Below, piece after piece: positions 45,694-55,489 of a stretch of DNA of 64,000 bases; positions within the stretch are counted from its first letter, which is position 1, and the number at the start of each line of letters is the position of its first letter. The position numbers and the translations under genes are program-made. The stretch spans positions 186,001 to 250,000 of the IMG/VR virus record IMGVR_UViG_3300020810_001156. One strand, written 5' to 3'. The notes beneath the pieces were generated by a model. That model ran no database searches. It saw only the letters and a program-made list of their open reading frames with translations, and had not been told where the DNA came from.

Positions 45694-47034
45694 ATGATAA
45701 CACCCTTTTCGGTATTAGATACTCGAACAAAGGAATGGAAGAAAAAGAAAGAAGAGTGGATTGCTACCTACGGAATTCAATCTGAGTTAGGTAGGGAGGA
45801 TACCCAATCGAAAACCCAATTTTGGGATTCTCCAACTAACGTTTCTATTTTTGACCCGGTTCTTTGTGAAGTAATGTACGATTGGTTCGTACCGAAGGGT
45901 GGAAAAATCCTAGACCCATTTGCTGGTGGAAGTGTAAGAGGAATCGTAGCTGAAGAAATGGGGTACAAATATGTAGGTATCGACCTTTCTAAAAAACAAA
46001 TCCTTGCAAATCAAAAACAAAGTTCAAAACCCTTTTGGATTGATGGAGATGCTGATAAAGTTCTCTTTAATTTAGAAGGTGGATTCGATTTTGTATTTAC
46101 CTGCCCTCCTTATTATGATTTAGAAGTGTATTCGGATTCTCCTTATGATTTATCGAATATGAAAGAAAAACAATTTGATGATAAATTGGATTCTATCATT
46201 TATAAATCTGCTCTGAAGTTGAAAGAGAACCGATTTTTTGGGATTGTGGTAAGTGAGGTGAGAAATCCTTCAACGACTGGGAATTATTCCATAGGTAATT
46301 ATAGAGGATTGGTTTGGAAAACAATAAAGATGTGTGAATCACACGGATTGAAGTTCTATAATGATATGATATTATTCAATTCCCAACATCAGGCATCTCG
46401 AGTAGGTAAAACTTACTTTGAAAGAAATAGAAAAATACCATCAGTACATCAAAATGTATTGATATTTGTTAAGGGGAATCCCGATATTGCTACCGAAGAA
46501 ATCAAAGGTGGTGAGTTTGAATGTCAAGTAAAGGGTACAAAATACTTGACTTTCAGACACGCTGCTATTTCAATCGACCCAAACAAATTAGTTGCTTCTG
46601 AAGTTAAAAGAAGATGTGTAAGTAGAAAATCAAAATATAAAGATTGGCAGATAATTGGTGAGGAGACTCGACCAGAGATAAAATATGTTATAGGAGATAT
46701 TCCATTTGAATCACCTTTACAAGTTTTGGAAGTTATTCCTGAATTAACTGAATCACAATGTAGAAATTACTTTGAATCAAACTCTAAGAAGTTTCAACAT
46801 TGGAAAAGAGTGAATCCATCGGATTGGAATATATCTTATAAACAAATGGAGGATTTATGGAATTTATCTGATAAAGCAGGTGGAATAAGTATTTACTCCG
46901 AAACCATTCAATGTGGTGATAAAAAATTCATTTCAGTTAACGAAGCTGCAAAGGAATTTGGAATAAGTGGAGAACGAGTTAGACAAAAGTTAAGGTCTGA
47001 TAATTATAAAGACTGGAAATATTTGGATAATTAA
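45694..47034 (+). CDS. DNA amino-methyltransferase with C-terminal NUMOD1/HTH-like repeats
   Basis: LDPFAGG and TCPPY; three C-terminal repeats ending in K.W. Confidence 0.8.
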   Translation: MITPFSVLDTRTKEWKKKKEEWIATYGIQSELGREDTQSKTQFWDSPTNVSIFDPVLCEVMYDWFVPKGGKILDPFAGGSVRGIVAEEMGYKYVGIDLSKKQILANQKQSSKPFWIDGDADKVLFNLEGGFDFVFTCPPYYDLEVYSDSPYDLSNMKEKQFDDKLDSIIYKSALKLKENRFFGIVVSEVRNPSTTGNYSIGNYRGLVWKTIKMCESHGLKFYNDMILFNSQHQASRVGKTYFERNRKIPSVHQNVLIFVKGNPDIATEEIKGGEFECQVKGTKYLTFRHAAISIDPNKLVASEVKRRCVSRKSKYKDWQIIGEETRPEIKYVIGDIPFESPLQVLEVIPELTESQCRNYFESNSKKFQHWKRVNPSDWNISYKQMEDLWNLSDKAGGISIYSETIQCGDKKFISVNEAAKEFGISGERVRQKLRSDNYKDWKYLDN

Positions 47035-47053
47035 AATAAATTTCGTATATTTG
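47022..47053 (+). promoter_or_regulatory. Bacteroidota-type promoter
   Basis: TTTG-N20-TATATTTG; shares ATTTGGATAATTAAAA with the promoter at 1649. Confidence 0.8.
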
Positions 47054-47071
47054 TAAAATTAAACTAAAAAA

Positions 47072-49048
47072 ATGAAAAAAATATTGGTAATTATGTTGAG
47101 TATGGTGAGTATTTCCCTATCTGCTCAACAAAGTGATACGACTATCGTATTAGATGATGTAGTAATAACTGCTACTAGAAGTGAGATAAGTTTGGAAGAT
47201 TCACCCGTACCAACGGAAGTGATTGGAAAGAAAGAGATTGAAGAACTAAATTTAATTACGATGCAAGACCTCCTTAATTTAAAAGGATTTGTTGCACCGA
47301 TGAAAAGTGGAGGTTTCCAATTAAGAGGATTATCTTCCGAATATGTTTTAGTAATGATTGATGGAGTTCCAATCGCAGGTAGAGAAAGTGGTGCATTAGA
47401 TATCTCGAATATCAACCTTGCAAATGTGGAAAGAGTTGAAATTGTAAAAGGTTCAATGTCTGCACTTTGGGGTAACCATGCAATTGGTGGTGTAATCAAC
47501 ATCATTACAAAGAAGAGTGGAGAACCATCTATAATGTTGAATACACAATATGGAACAAACAACACATCATTAGTTGGATTAACTTCAACAGTGGGTAAAG
47601 ATAAATTTAAGAACATATCTAAGATTACATTAGGAAGTTCAGATGGTTTTGATATCGACCCATTAACTTATGGTCAAAATCAATTACCATTTAAGTTGTT
47701 GAATATTACCAATAGAACTACTTACGATGATGGAACGAACCAATACTCATTAGGATTAACTCACTTAGGAAAAACATCCGAAGGTGAAACTGTAACTGAA
47801 ACAAATACTCAGGGGCAATTAGTACCAGTTGATGAGGTAAACGAATCCCAAAACTTTATTGTTGATTTGAACTACAAAAGAAGTTTTGGTAAATATGTGA
47901 GTGAGATTAAAGTATCTAATTCAAACTTCAGTAACTCAAACAAATCTTCTTTTGAATATTTCGGACAACAAGTAGTTCAGTTAGATGAGAGTGACCAAAA
48001 CATTTTCCAACCTGAGATGATTAACAATTACAATTGGAATTCTAAAAACTCAACTACATTTGGATTTGGTTATAGAGGACACGATTACGATACTGAAAGA
48101 TATGGTGGTGATAAATCTCTAAACTCTTACTTTGGATATGTTCAACATTATCTAAACTTAGATAAACTAAATTTAGTAGTTGGTGGTAGATACGATAACT
48201 ATTCAGATTTTGGAAACAACTTCTCACCAAAAGTATCTGCAACTTATGATTTGGGGAAATTCAAATTGAGTTCATCGGTTGGTTATGGATTCAGAGTACC
48301 TGATTTTAGAACCTTATACATTAACTATGGTGGATTCTCATCTGGGTATTGGGTATTAGGTTCGTATAACATTGAAGAACAAATCAATTTTTATTCTCAA
48401 CAAAATCTAATTGCATTTGTATCTTATGGATTAGAAGATATTACTCAACTAAGTCCTGAAACTTCTATCTCATATGATTTTGGTGTATCGTATAAATTAA
48501 ATGAGAGTAGTAAAGTAGGATTAAACTTATTTAGAACCAATACAACTGATTTGATTGAATCAGTTCTTGCTGGAATGTTTGTAAACCAAACTTTACTTTT
48601 TGGATACACAAATATCTCAGAAGCAACATTTACAGGTTTAGAGTTTGAAACTTTGATTCAAAAAGATAGATTTAGATTTGATGGTTCTTATCAGTATTTA
48701 GAAACTGAAGCAAATAAAGCAGATGGAACTGAATTCTTTTTGGGTGAAAGACCTAAACATTTAGTTAACCTTGCAACTACTTATACATTGAAGAATGGTT
48801 TATCATTAACTTTAAATGGAGTTCATAAATCAGAGTACTTCTTTAGAGATGTTGATAGAAGTGGAACTCAGGACGCAAATGAGTTTGTACCTTCTCACAC
48901 ATTGTTGAATACTTTGATAAGTTCTCCTGTTGTTAAGAATATGACAGTTGGTGTTGGTGTTAACAATATTTTAGATTTTACTAATGTAGAGTATCTAAAA
49001 CAACAAAATGGTAGAACCATTTTTGGAAAAGTAACTTATAAATTTTAA
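47072..49048 (+). CDS. TonB-dependent outer-membrane receptor
   Basis: Signal peptide, TonB box LDDVVITATR, plug motif VERVEIVKG.MSALWG..AIGGVINIITK, GGRYD, and C-terminal VTYKF. Confidence 0.95.
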   Translation: MKKILVIMLSMVSISLSAQQSDTTIVLDDVVITATRSEISLEDSPVPTEVIGKKEIEELNLITMQDLLNLKGFVAPMKSGGFQLRGLSSEYVLVMIDGVPIAGRESGALDISNINLANVERVEIVKGSMSALWGNHAIGGVINIITKKSGEPSIMLNTQYGTNNTSLVGLTSTVGKDKFKNISKITLGSSDGFDIDPLTYGQNQLPFKLLNITNRTTYDDGTNQYSLGLTHLGKTSEGETVTETNTQGQLVPVDEVNESQNFIVDLNYKRSFGKYVSEIKVSNSNFSNSNKSSFEYFGQQVVQLDESDQNIFQPEMINNYNWNSKNSTTFGFGYRGHDYDTERYGGDKSLNSYFGYVQHYLNLDKLNLVVGGRYDNYSDFGNNFSPKVSATYDLGKFKLSSSVGYGFRVPDFRTLYINYGGFSSGYWVLGSYNIEEQINFYSQQNLIAFVSYGLEDITQLSPETSISYDFGVSYKLNESSKVGLNLFRTNTTDLIESVLAGMFVNQTLLFGYTNISEATFTGLEFETLIQKDRFRFDGSYQYLETEANKADGTEFFLGERPKHLVNLATTYTLKNGLSLTLNGVHKSEYFFRDVDRSGTQDANEFVPSHTLLNTLISSPVVKNMTVGVGVNNILDFTNVEYLKQQNGRTIFGKVTYKF

Positions 49049-49055
49049 AAACTAT

Positions 49056-50222
49056 ATGAAAAAGATGATTTTATGTGGATTGATGTTGCTGATGGGTACA
49101 TCATCTTTTGCTTCTCACCTATTGGGTGGGTACATTCAAACAACTCAAAGGAATTCAAGTGATACTGTTGATGTGGTAGTAACTTTATTTACTGACCCTC
49201 AAGGAATTGGTAATCCAACTTCTATTTCTTTAGCGGAATGGAAATTGGTAAATGGTTTTTATCAAACCAATGGTAACTTTACACTTTCTCAACAACTAAC
49301 TGGAAGTTGGCAAGGTGTAAATGTGTATGTGTATAGTGGTATTAGAATATTAAGTAGTGGTGATTATCGTTTCATCTACACCAATTGTTGTAGAGGAATG
49401 TTGAGTAACGCATCATCTGCAATGAATAGTAACTTTACTATTGCAATGGATTACAAAAAATCACTTCTACCAAACTCAGCACCTATCATTCTCAACCCAC
49501 TTCCAATCAATTGGGTAAATGGTGATACTGCACAATCAATTCTATTTGCGGTAGATGTAGATGGTGATTCGGTAATGGTTGAAAAGGATGATGCTATTAA
49601 CCAACACTCAAACAATACATTTGTACCACTTTCACCATTTACTCAATTAGGTAGTTATGGTAGTTATTATGTGGATGTAAATGGAACAATTGAATGGGCT
49701 CCAAATACCAATGGAACATTTGGTACTGGATATAAAGTAAGTGAAATCAGAAATGGACAAGTTATTGGAGTGAATAGAATTCAACAAGTCTATATGGTTC
49801 AACCTGGTTCAACACCAAATGTACCAAACTTAAACCCAATGATTACAGCCGATTTGGTAAATGGTGATTCACTTCAATATACCACATCCATTTCAAACGC
49901 AACTTCAACTGAGTTGATTATTCCAAATGTAGATGTAACTCAAACTTCAGATTCAACTTGGACTTTGAATAATCTTCAAATGGGAACATACAATGGAGTA
50001 TTGAGAGCTAGTAGTAACTCATCAAATATGGATTATTACATTACTTTAGTGGTAACATCTACAATCGGAATCGAAGAGAATGTTTCAGATATGGATACTT
50101 CTTACGAAGTTTACGATTGGACTGGAAAATACATTGGTAAAGATGTAAATTGGGAGCAATTAAATGGTTTGTATATAATTAAACATAGTAACGGAACAAT
50201 AGAAAAAATCTACAATATATGA
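49056..50222 (+). CDS. Secreted surface protein with a T9SS-like C-terminal domain
   Basis: Signal peptide ending ASH..GG, NCCR, NSAP; C-terminal IGIEE...VYDWTGK...GLYII....KI. Confidence 0.65.
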   Translation: MKKMILCGLMLLMGTSSFASHLLGGYIQTTQRNSSDTVDVVVTLFTDPQGIGNPTSISLAEWKLVNGFYQTNGNFTLSQQLTGSWQGVNVYVYSGIRILSSGDYRFIYTNCCRGMLSNASSAMNSNFTIAMDYKKSLLPNSAPIILNPLPINWVNGDTAQSILFAVDVDGDSVMVEKDDAINQHSNNTFVPLSPFTQLGSYGSYYVDVNGTIEWAPNTNGTFGTGYKVSEIRNGQVIGVNRIQQVYMVQPGSTPNVPNLNPMITADLVNGDSLQYTTSISNATSTELIIPNVDVTQTSDSTWTLNNLQMGTYNGVLRASSNSSNMDYYITLVVTSTIGIEENVSDMDTSYEVYDWTGKYIGKDVNWEQLNGLYIIKHSNGTIEKIYNI

Positions 50223-51076
50223 AGATATTAGTAACTGGCGGGAACGGCTTTATCGGTTCAAATCTAATTAAGAAACTATTATCTGAAGGACACGAAGTGG
50301 TATCTTTGGATGATTTATCAACTGGGTTAAAAGAGTACGAAGTTGAAGGATGTAATTATGTTTATGGAGATATTGAAAATCTTCTGTATTGGAAAGGTGA
50401 ATCTTTTGATTTATGTTATCATCTCGCTGCGTTAGCTAGAATCGTTCCATCATTTGAGGACCCGATGGAAACCTTTAGAGTAGACACTCAAGGTGTAATG
50501 GTAGTTGCTGAATGGGCTAGACAAAATAATGTAAAGGTTGTATATAGTGGTTCATCATCTCGTTGGTGTAATCCCGAAACTTCACCATATGCAACTTGTA
50601 AAAAATTAGGTGAAGATATTCTCAAAATGTATCGAACTGCTTATGGATGTGATTTTGAAATCGCAAGATTCTATAATGTATATGGACCAAATGAATTGGT
50701 TGATGGACAGTGGGCAGCTGTGATTGGTATTTGGAGAAAACAAATCGAAGAAGGTAAACCAATCACAATTATATCAGATGGAGAACAAAGAAGAGATTTT
50801 ACTCATGTAGATGATATTTGTGATGCTCTATATAAGATTGGTACAAGTGATAAAAAGCATGAAGATGCTTGGGAATTGGGTACAGGTATGAATTACTCAA
50901 TTAATGAAGTATTTGATTTCTTCCAAGAATCATTTGGTGATTTGGAAAAAGTACATCTGCCTGATGTACCAGGAAATTATAGACAAACTCTTAGAGAGAA
51001 TGATGATACTTTGGAGAGATTGGAATGGGCACCCAAAGATAGTTTAAGAGATTATATTTTATCTCTTAACAAGTAA
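50219..51076 (+). CDS. NAD-dependent epimerase/dehydratase
   Basis: TGGNGFIG, SSS, PYATCK, RFYNVYGP and RDFTHV.D. Confidence 0.92.
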   Translation: MKILVTGGNGFIGSNLIKKLLSEGHEVVSLDDLSTGLKEYEVEGCNYVYGDIENLLYWKGESFDLCYHLAALARIVPSFEDPMETFRVDTQGVMVVAEWARQNNVKVVYSGSSSRWCNPETSPYATCKKLGEDILKMYRTAYGCDFEIARFYNVYGPNELVDGQWAAVIGIWRKQIEEGKPITIISDGEQRRDFTHVDDICDALYKIGTSDKKHEDAWELGTGMNYSINEVFDFFQESFGDLEKVHLPDVPGNYRQTLRENDDTLERLEWAPKDSLRDYILSLNK

Positions 51077-51108
51077 AAAGAGGTTTAACGAATAAAATAT
51101 TATCGGTT

Positions 51109-51303
51109 ATGAAATATGGTATATTGTTTATCATTGTTATTTTATTTTCTGGTTTTTCACAAACTGAAAGTGAGTGGGAAAAGAAATACAACTCGGTGAA
51201 GGAAGAAAGAGATATGTACAAAAAGACATCAGAGATGTTGTTGAAAAATTGGAAAGAGTGTGAAGAAAAAGTAACAAAGATTATTAGTGAGCAAGTTAAT
51301 TAA
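51109..51303 (+). CDS. Small exported or membrane coiled-coil protein
   Basis: Hydrophobic N-terminus. Confidence 0.5.
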   Translation: MKYGILFIIVILFSGFSQTESEWEKKYNSVKEERDMYKKTSEMLLKNWKECEEKVTKIISEQVN

Positions 51304-51841
51304 TTTATTTGGAGGACCAGGCATAGGAAAATCAGGCATATCAGCTGGATTAACTTATGAATTAAAGAAAAGACATATTAGTTGTAATAACCCATATGAG
51401 TTTCCAAAGAGATTAGCATGGGATAACAACATACCAGCGATACAAGACCAATTGTATGTATTCGCTAACCAACATAGAGGAATCGCAGAATCCTTTGGTA
51501 AAGTAGATTATATCGTTATTGATTCACCAATTCTATTTTCTACAATTTATCACACATATTATACTGAAGGGTATCCTGCTGAGTTTTATGGTGAAGAGTT
51601 TCACAAATTTGTGATTCATCTTCACAAACAATACACAAGTATCAATATTCTTTTGGAAAGAGGTGATACAATTCACAATGATGATGAAAGATTCCAAAAT
51701 CTAAAACAATCATTGGAGATAGATGATTTGTGTAAAAAAATATTAAAAGATAATGATGAAACTTATCACACAATCAAAGTAGATGAGTTTACTGTTGAAA
51801 AGATTTTAACATTATTGGATTTAAATAATGAAAAAAGATAA
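51287..51841 (+). CDS. NadR/Ttd14-like P-loop kinase (AAA_28)
   Basis: INLFGGPGIGKS, E..K, DSP and R.Q. Confidence 0.8.
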   Translation: MSKLINLFGGPGIGKSGISAGLTYELKKRHISCNNPYEFPKRLAWDNNIPAIQDQLYVFANQHRGIAESFGKVDYIVIDSPILFSTIYHTYYTEGYPAEFYGEEFHKFVIHLHKQYTSINILLERGDTIHNDDERFQNLKQSLEIDDLCKKILKDNDETYHTIKVDEFTVEKILTLLDLNNEKR

Positions 51842-52037
51842 ACGCTGGAATAGGGAAATGAAAAGGTATCGTATCATTGAACACAAACATCGGGATAAAT
51901 CTGTGTTCATTGTTGAGTGGAATGATAGATGGTTTTTAGGATTGTGGGGAAGATGGCATGGTAAATTTCAGAGTTTAAAAATTGAAGAAGCTATTTCTAA
52001 AATACAAAGATTAGTACACATTAAAATAAATAAATGA
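51828..52037 (+). CDS. Hypothetical protein
   Basis: 69 aa, translationally coupled. Confidence 0.5.
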   Translation: MKKDKRWNREMKRYRIIEHKHRDKSVFIVEWNDRWFLGLWGRWHGKFQSLKIEEAISKIQRLVHIKINK

Positions 52038-52936
52038 GAATAGTAGTTACAGGCGGTTGTGGGTTTATTGGTTCATCTTTTGTAAATCTTATAAATAAAG
52101 TTCCAAATACTGAAATAGTTGTTATAGATAAATTAACCTATGCAGCTAATCCATTTTTAATTTCCAAAGATATACCTCTTATTAAAAAAGATATTTGTGA
52201 TATCACTTTAGATGATATTGGATATGCTGATTATATTGTAAACTTTGCTGCTGAATCTCATGTTGATAATTCAATCTCAAATGGATTACCTTTTGTGAAA
52301 ACTAATGTAGAAGGTACATTCAATATGTTAGAGGTTGCTAGAAAAATTCCTAACCTAAAGAAGTTCATTCAAATATCTACTGATGAGGTTTATGGTGATA
52401 TGGAAAGTAGAAATATTATGGAAGCTAATGAAAACACATCATTAGAACCATCCTCTTATTATTCAGCTACTAAAGCAGCAGCTGACCATTTAGTTGAATC
52501 TGCTGGTAGAACTTATGGTTTACCTTATTTAATTACGAGAACTTGTAACAATTATGGTGTAAATCAACACCACGAAAAATTCTTACCTACAATAGCTAAA
52601 TCAATCAAAGAAGATAAACCAATTCCTCTTTATGGAGATGGTAAACAAATGAGAGAGTGGATTTGGGTTGAAGATAATGTTCAATTGATTTATGATTTGA
52701 TGATATCACAAAACGGAATATGGAATATTGGTAGTGGAGATACTTGGACTAATAGAAGTATCGTTCAACAAATTGGAGTGATTCTAAATAAAAAAGTAAA
52801 GTTAGAGCATGTTGAAGATAGATTAGGACATGATAGAAGGTACTCAATAAATTTCAGTAAATTGATGCACTTCAAAAATAGCTATAACATAACCACAAAA
52901 AATTTAGAAAAATTTCTTACAGAAACATTTGGATAA
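52034..52936 (+). CDS. rfbB: dTDP-glucose 4,6-dehydratase
   Basis: GGCGFIG, DKLTYA, AAESHVD, STDEVYG, YSATK and RLGHD.RY. Confidence 0.93.
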   Translation: MRIVVTGGCGFIGSSFVNLINKVPNTEIVVIDKLTYAANPFLISKDIPLIKKDICDITLDDIGYADYIVNFAAESHVDNSISNGLPFVKTNVEGTFNMLEVARKIPNLKKFIQISTDEVYGDMESRNIMEANENTSLEPSSYYSATKAAADHLVESAGRTYGLPYLITRTCNNYGVNQHHEKFLPTIAKSIKEDKPIPLYGDGKQMREWIWVEDNVQLIYDLMISQNGIWNIGSGDTWTNRSIVQQIGVILNKKVKLEHVEDRLGHDRRYSINFSKLMHFKNSYNITTKNLEKFLTETFG

Positions 52937-52970
52937 TTCAAATATTTTTCTTATATTAGAGTTGTAATTG
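52928..52970 (+). promoter_or_regulatory. Bacteroidota-type promoter with the early-class downstream element
   Basis: TTTG-N20-TATATTAG followed by ..GTAATTG, as at 41142. Confidence 0.75.
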
Positions 52971-52985
52971 TAAAAAGACCTTAAT

Positions 52986-53327
52986 ATGAGTAAAGTAATT
53001 GGAACAAAGTACGGAATTGAGATTACCAAACCTTGGAATCAAAAGATGTACGATTGGAACGAATTAGTTGGAAAGCTAATTAAAATTGATTTGTATAATA
53101 AATTAGAAGAGTTCTACAAAAAAGGTGATAAAGCTGGTATGAACAAAATTGCTAATTCATTCGGACCTTCTTATGGTGATGGTTATGATATTGATGCAGT
53201 ATTCGATGGTGTATTTGAAGATATTGCACAACTTCAAAATTATCAAATCAATGAAGAGTTGGAATACTTAGTAAAAGATGGATTAGTTAAAGAACCAAAG
53301 TACGGATTTGTTGGATACGATAAATAA
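52986..53327 (+). CDS. Hypothetical protein
   Basis: 113 aa, directly after the promoter. Confidence 0.65.
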   Translation: MSKVIGTKYGIEITKPWNQKMYDWNELVGKLIKIDLYNKLEEFYKKGDKAGMNKIANSFGPSYGDGYDIDAVFDGVFEDIAQLQNYQINEELEYLVKDGLVKEPKYGFVGYDK

Positions 53328-53332
53328 AAGTT

Positions 53333-53542
53333 ATGAGTTTAAGAGATACAGTAAAAGATTGGTTAAAGGAGGGTAAAGAAATTAAAGCTCCAAATCCTCT
53401 TTGTTCGAAAAGATTGGTTATTAAAAATCTAAATCAGATTCAACAACTATTGGAAGAAGATTCTCCAATGATTGCAAAAATGAGAATAGAGATGTTGATA
53501 TCTGATATTGAAAATGGTAAATTAAACGCAGGAGAACTATAA
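53333..53542 (+). CDS. Hypothetical protein
   Basis: 69-aa ORF. Confidence 0.55.
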   Translation: MSLRDTVKDWLKEGKEIKAPNPLCSKRLVIKNLNQIQQLLEEDSPMIAKMRIEMLISDIENGKLNAGEL

Positions 53543-53544
53543 GA

Positions 53545-53694
53545 GTGGAATATCTAATTTACATCGGCTTATACTTGTTTATAACTGGTTCAATAATATT
53601 TTGGGCAGTAATAAACGCACCAATGGTTGATGATGATTATAAAATTATAGAAGAATCAAAATGGCAAAAATGGAAAAAACGGAGAAAAAAGTAA
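53545..53694 (+). CDS. Small membrane protein (49 aa, GTG start, not in the ORF track)
   Basis: TM helix, NAP, basic tail. Confidence 0.4.
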   Translation: MEYLIYIGLYLFITGSIIFWAVINAPMVDDDYKIIEESKWQKWKKRRKK

Positions 53695-53834
53695 GACAGT
53701 ATAGAAGTAGACAAGGTAGAAGTGATAAACAATATGAATCATCTATGAAGGCAATGACTTATGGCTGTGGTTTATTTTTAGTTATTCTTATAGTTTATGG
53801 TATTGTAAATACACTTATGAATGTATTGGGTTAA
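53661..53834 (+). CDS. Small membrane protein (57 aa, not in the ORF track)
   Basis: RQYRSRQGRS.KQ plus a C-terminal TM helix. Confidence 0.45.
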   Translation: MAKMEKTEKKVRQYRSRQGRSDKQYESSMKAMTYGCGLFLVILIVYGIVNTLMNVLG

Positions 53835-54318
53835 ACGAAAAATCCAACAAATCAAAAGGGTGATTGATTTTTTCCCTTTAATTTGGAATGGGTTTGATTT
53901 TGATTATCGTTATGCATTAGACCTTTTCAAAAAACAATTGGAAAGGCAAGTTAAGTTTATGGAATCCGATAGAGCAATGACTTTAGAGGCTAAAAACAAT
54001 GCTAATAAAATCAAAACTGCAATCCAATTGATGGATAAAGTTTATGATGGGGAATATGCAATGGAGTATCATTCTACAATAGATAAACTCTATGGAACAA
54101 CACATTATGATTTTGAAGAATTGGATAAGTTAGATGAAAATGGAGAACCTTTGTATCGAATGAAACTTTGGAATGAGAATGCAGTTGATGATTCTCATCA
54201 GAAAGAGATTGATGAGGTTCGAACCGAAATGATGTTATTAGGTAGAGATAAACAAAGGAGAGCACATAAACTACTTTGGGATTTTATAGAACATAATATA
54301 CAAAGATGGTGGGATTGA
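53821..54318 (+). CDS. Hypothetical protein
   Basis: P.IW...DFDY; C-terminal WWD. Confidence 0.7.
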   Translation: MYWVKRKIQQIKRVIDFFPLIWNGFDFDYRYALDLFKKQLERQVKFMESDRAMTLEAKNNANKIKTAIQLMDKVYDGEYAMEYHSTIDKLYGTTHYDFEELDKLDENGEPLYRMKLWNENAVDDSHQKEIDEVRTEMMLLGRDKQRRAHKLLWDFIEHNIQRWWD

Positions 54319-54319
54319 T

Positions 54320-54538
54320 ATGGGAAATATGAATAGTCAATTACCTGTTGTGGTGGTTCACAAAGGGCCTCGTAAAAACTCTAAAATACATTTAGAGGTC
54401 TTTGAAAATACCAGAGTTGATGATATTATATCAACAACAAAAAGGAAACCTCTGATACCAAAGGATAATGAAATATTAGACTTAGGTGTTGGTGAAAGTT
54501 TCATTGAAAAATATAAACACAAACATAAATTAAAATAA
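54320..54538 (+). CDS. Hypothetical protein
   Basis: 72-aa ORF. Confidence 0.55.
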   Translation: MGNMNSQLPVVVVHKGPRKNSKIHLEVFENTRVDDIISTTKRKPLIPKDNEILDLGVGESFIEKYKHKHKLK

Positions 54539-54545
54539 AAGTATT

Positions 54546-55127
54546 GTGAAAAACCTAATAGTAATAGGACATCCTAACAAAGATTCATTTTGCTATAATG
54601 GTATTATGAAAACCATTAAACGGGAACTTCGTAAACACAATGAACCAATCAAAGTTATTGATTTGTATAGAGATTCCTTTGCGAGACCAAGAACCGATTT
54701 GGTTAAAAGATATCAAGAATTAGTAACTTGGTCAGATAGAATTTATTTTATCTCACCAGTTTGGTGGTTTAGATTAACTCCACGAATGGAAGTATTCTTT
54801 GATGAAGTATTCACACCAGGATTTGCTTATAACTTTGTAAACATTACAAAATTATATGCTTATCCTAAACCACATTTAAGTGATAAAAAAGTTAGAACTT
54901 ATATCACACATGGAGCACCTTCATTACCAGTTAGAACTTTGTATCTTAACTCAGTCAAACTAAGATTGGTGTTGGGTGTATTTACTTTTGTATTTGGTTG
55001 GAAGTTGGGTAGATGGAGAAAAACTAAACAATTTTGGTCAGTACCATTTGTATCTGATGAAAAGAGAAGAAAGTACTTACAACGAGTTAAAAAAGATGTT
55101 AGAAAAGATTTAAAGTTTGAAATATGA
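54546..55127 (+). CDS. Flavodoxin-like NAD(P)H-dependent oxidoreductase (Flavodoxin_2)
   Basis: GHPN..SF, IDLY, PVWWF...P....FFD.VF.PGFAY. Confidence 0.85.
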   Translation: MKNLIVIGHPNKDSFCYNGIMKTIKRELRKHNEPIKVIDLYRDSFARPRTDLVKRYQELVTWSDRIYFISPVWWFRLTPRMEVFFDEVFTPGFAYNFVNITKLYAYPKPHLSDKKVRTYITHGAPSLPVRTLYLNSVKLRLVLGVFTFVFGWKLGRWRKTKQFWSVPFVSDEKRRKYLQRVKKDVRKDLKFEI

Positions 55128-55489
55128 TAGGTGGAGTACAACCAAAAGTATTACTAACTCAAGATGAGGATGGTAATTTGAAATTAGATGAAAACTTTAA
55201 GGAAATGATTTATGGTGACCCAAAAATGAATTGGAAATTGGTTAGAGAAAGAGATGGATTAACCAAAGAATCCAATGGTATTATGTGGATTGAATTCAAT
55301 GAAGAAGGAAGAGGTAAATCGAAACACGAAGAACCAGCAATTGGTAGAAGTTTAATCATGTCTCCATTCAATGATTTCTTTACTTGGCAAACCACTACAA
55401 TCACCGAAATTGTGGAACAAACTAATAATTATATTAAGTTCAAAACAATGAACTCTAACTACGAATTATTTAAATTAGAAAATGAGTAA
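55124..55489 (+). CDS. Hypothetical protein
   Basis: 121 aa; WQTT.ITEI...F.T.NS.Y. Confidence 0.65.
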   Translation: MIGGVQPKVLLTQDEDGNLKLDENFKEMIYGDPKMNWKLVRERDGLTKESNGIMWIEFNEEGRGKSKHEEPAIGRSLIMSPFNDFFTWQTTTITEIVEQTNNYIKFKTMNSNYELFKLENE

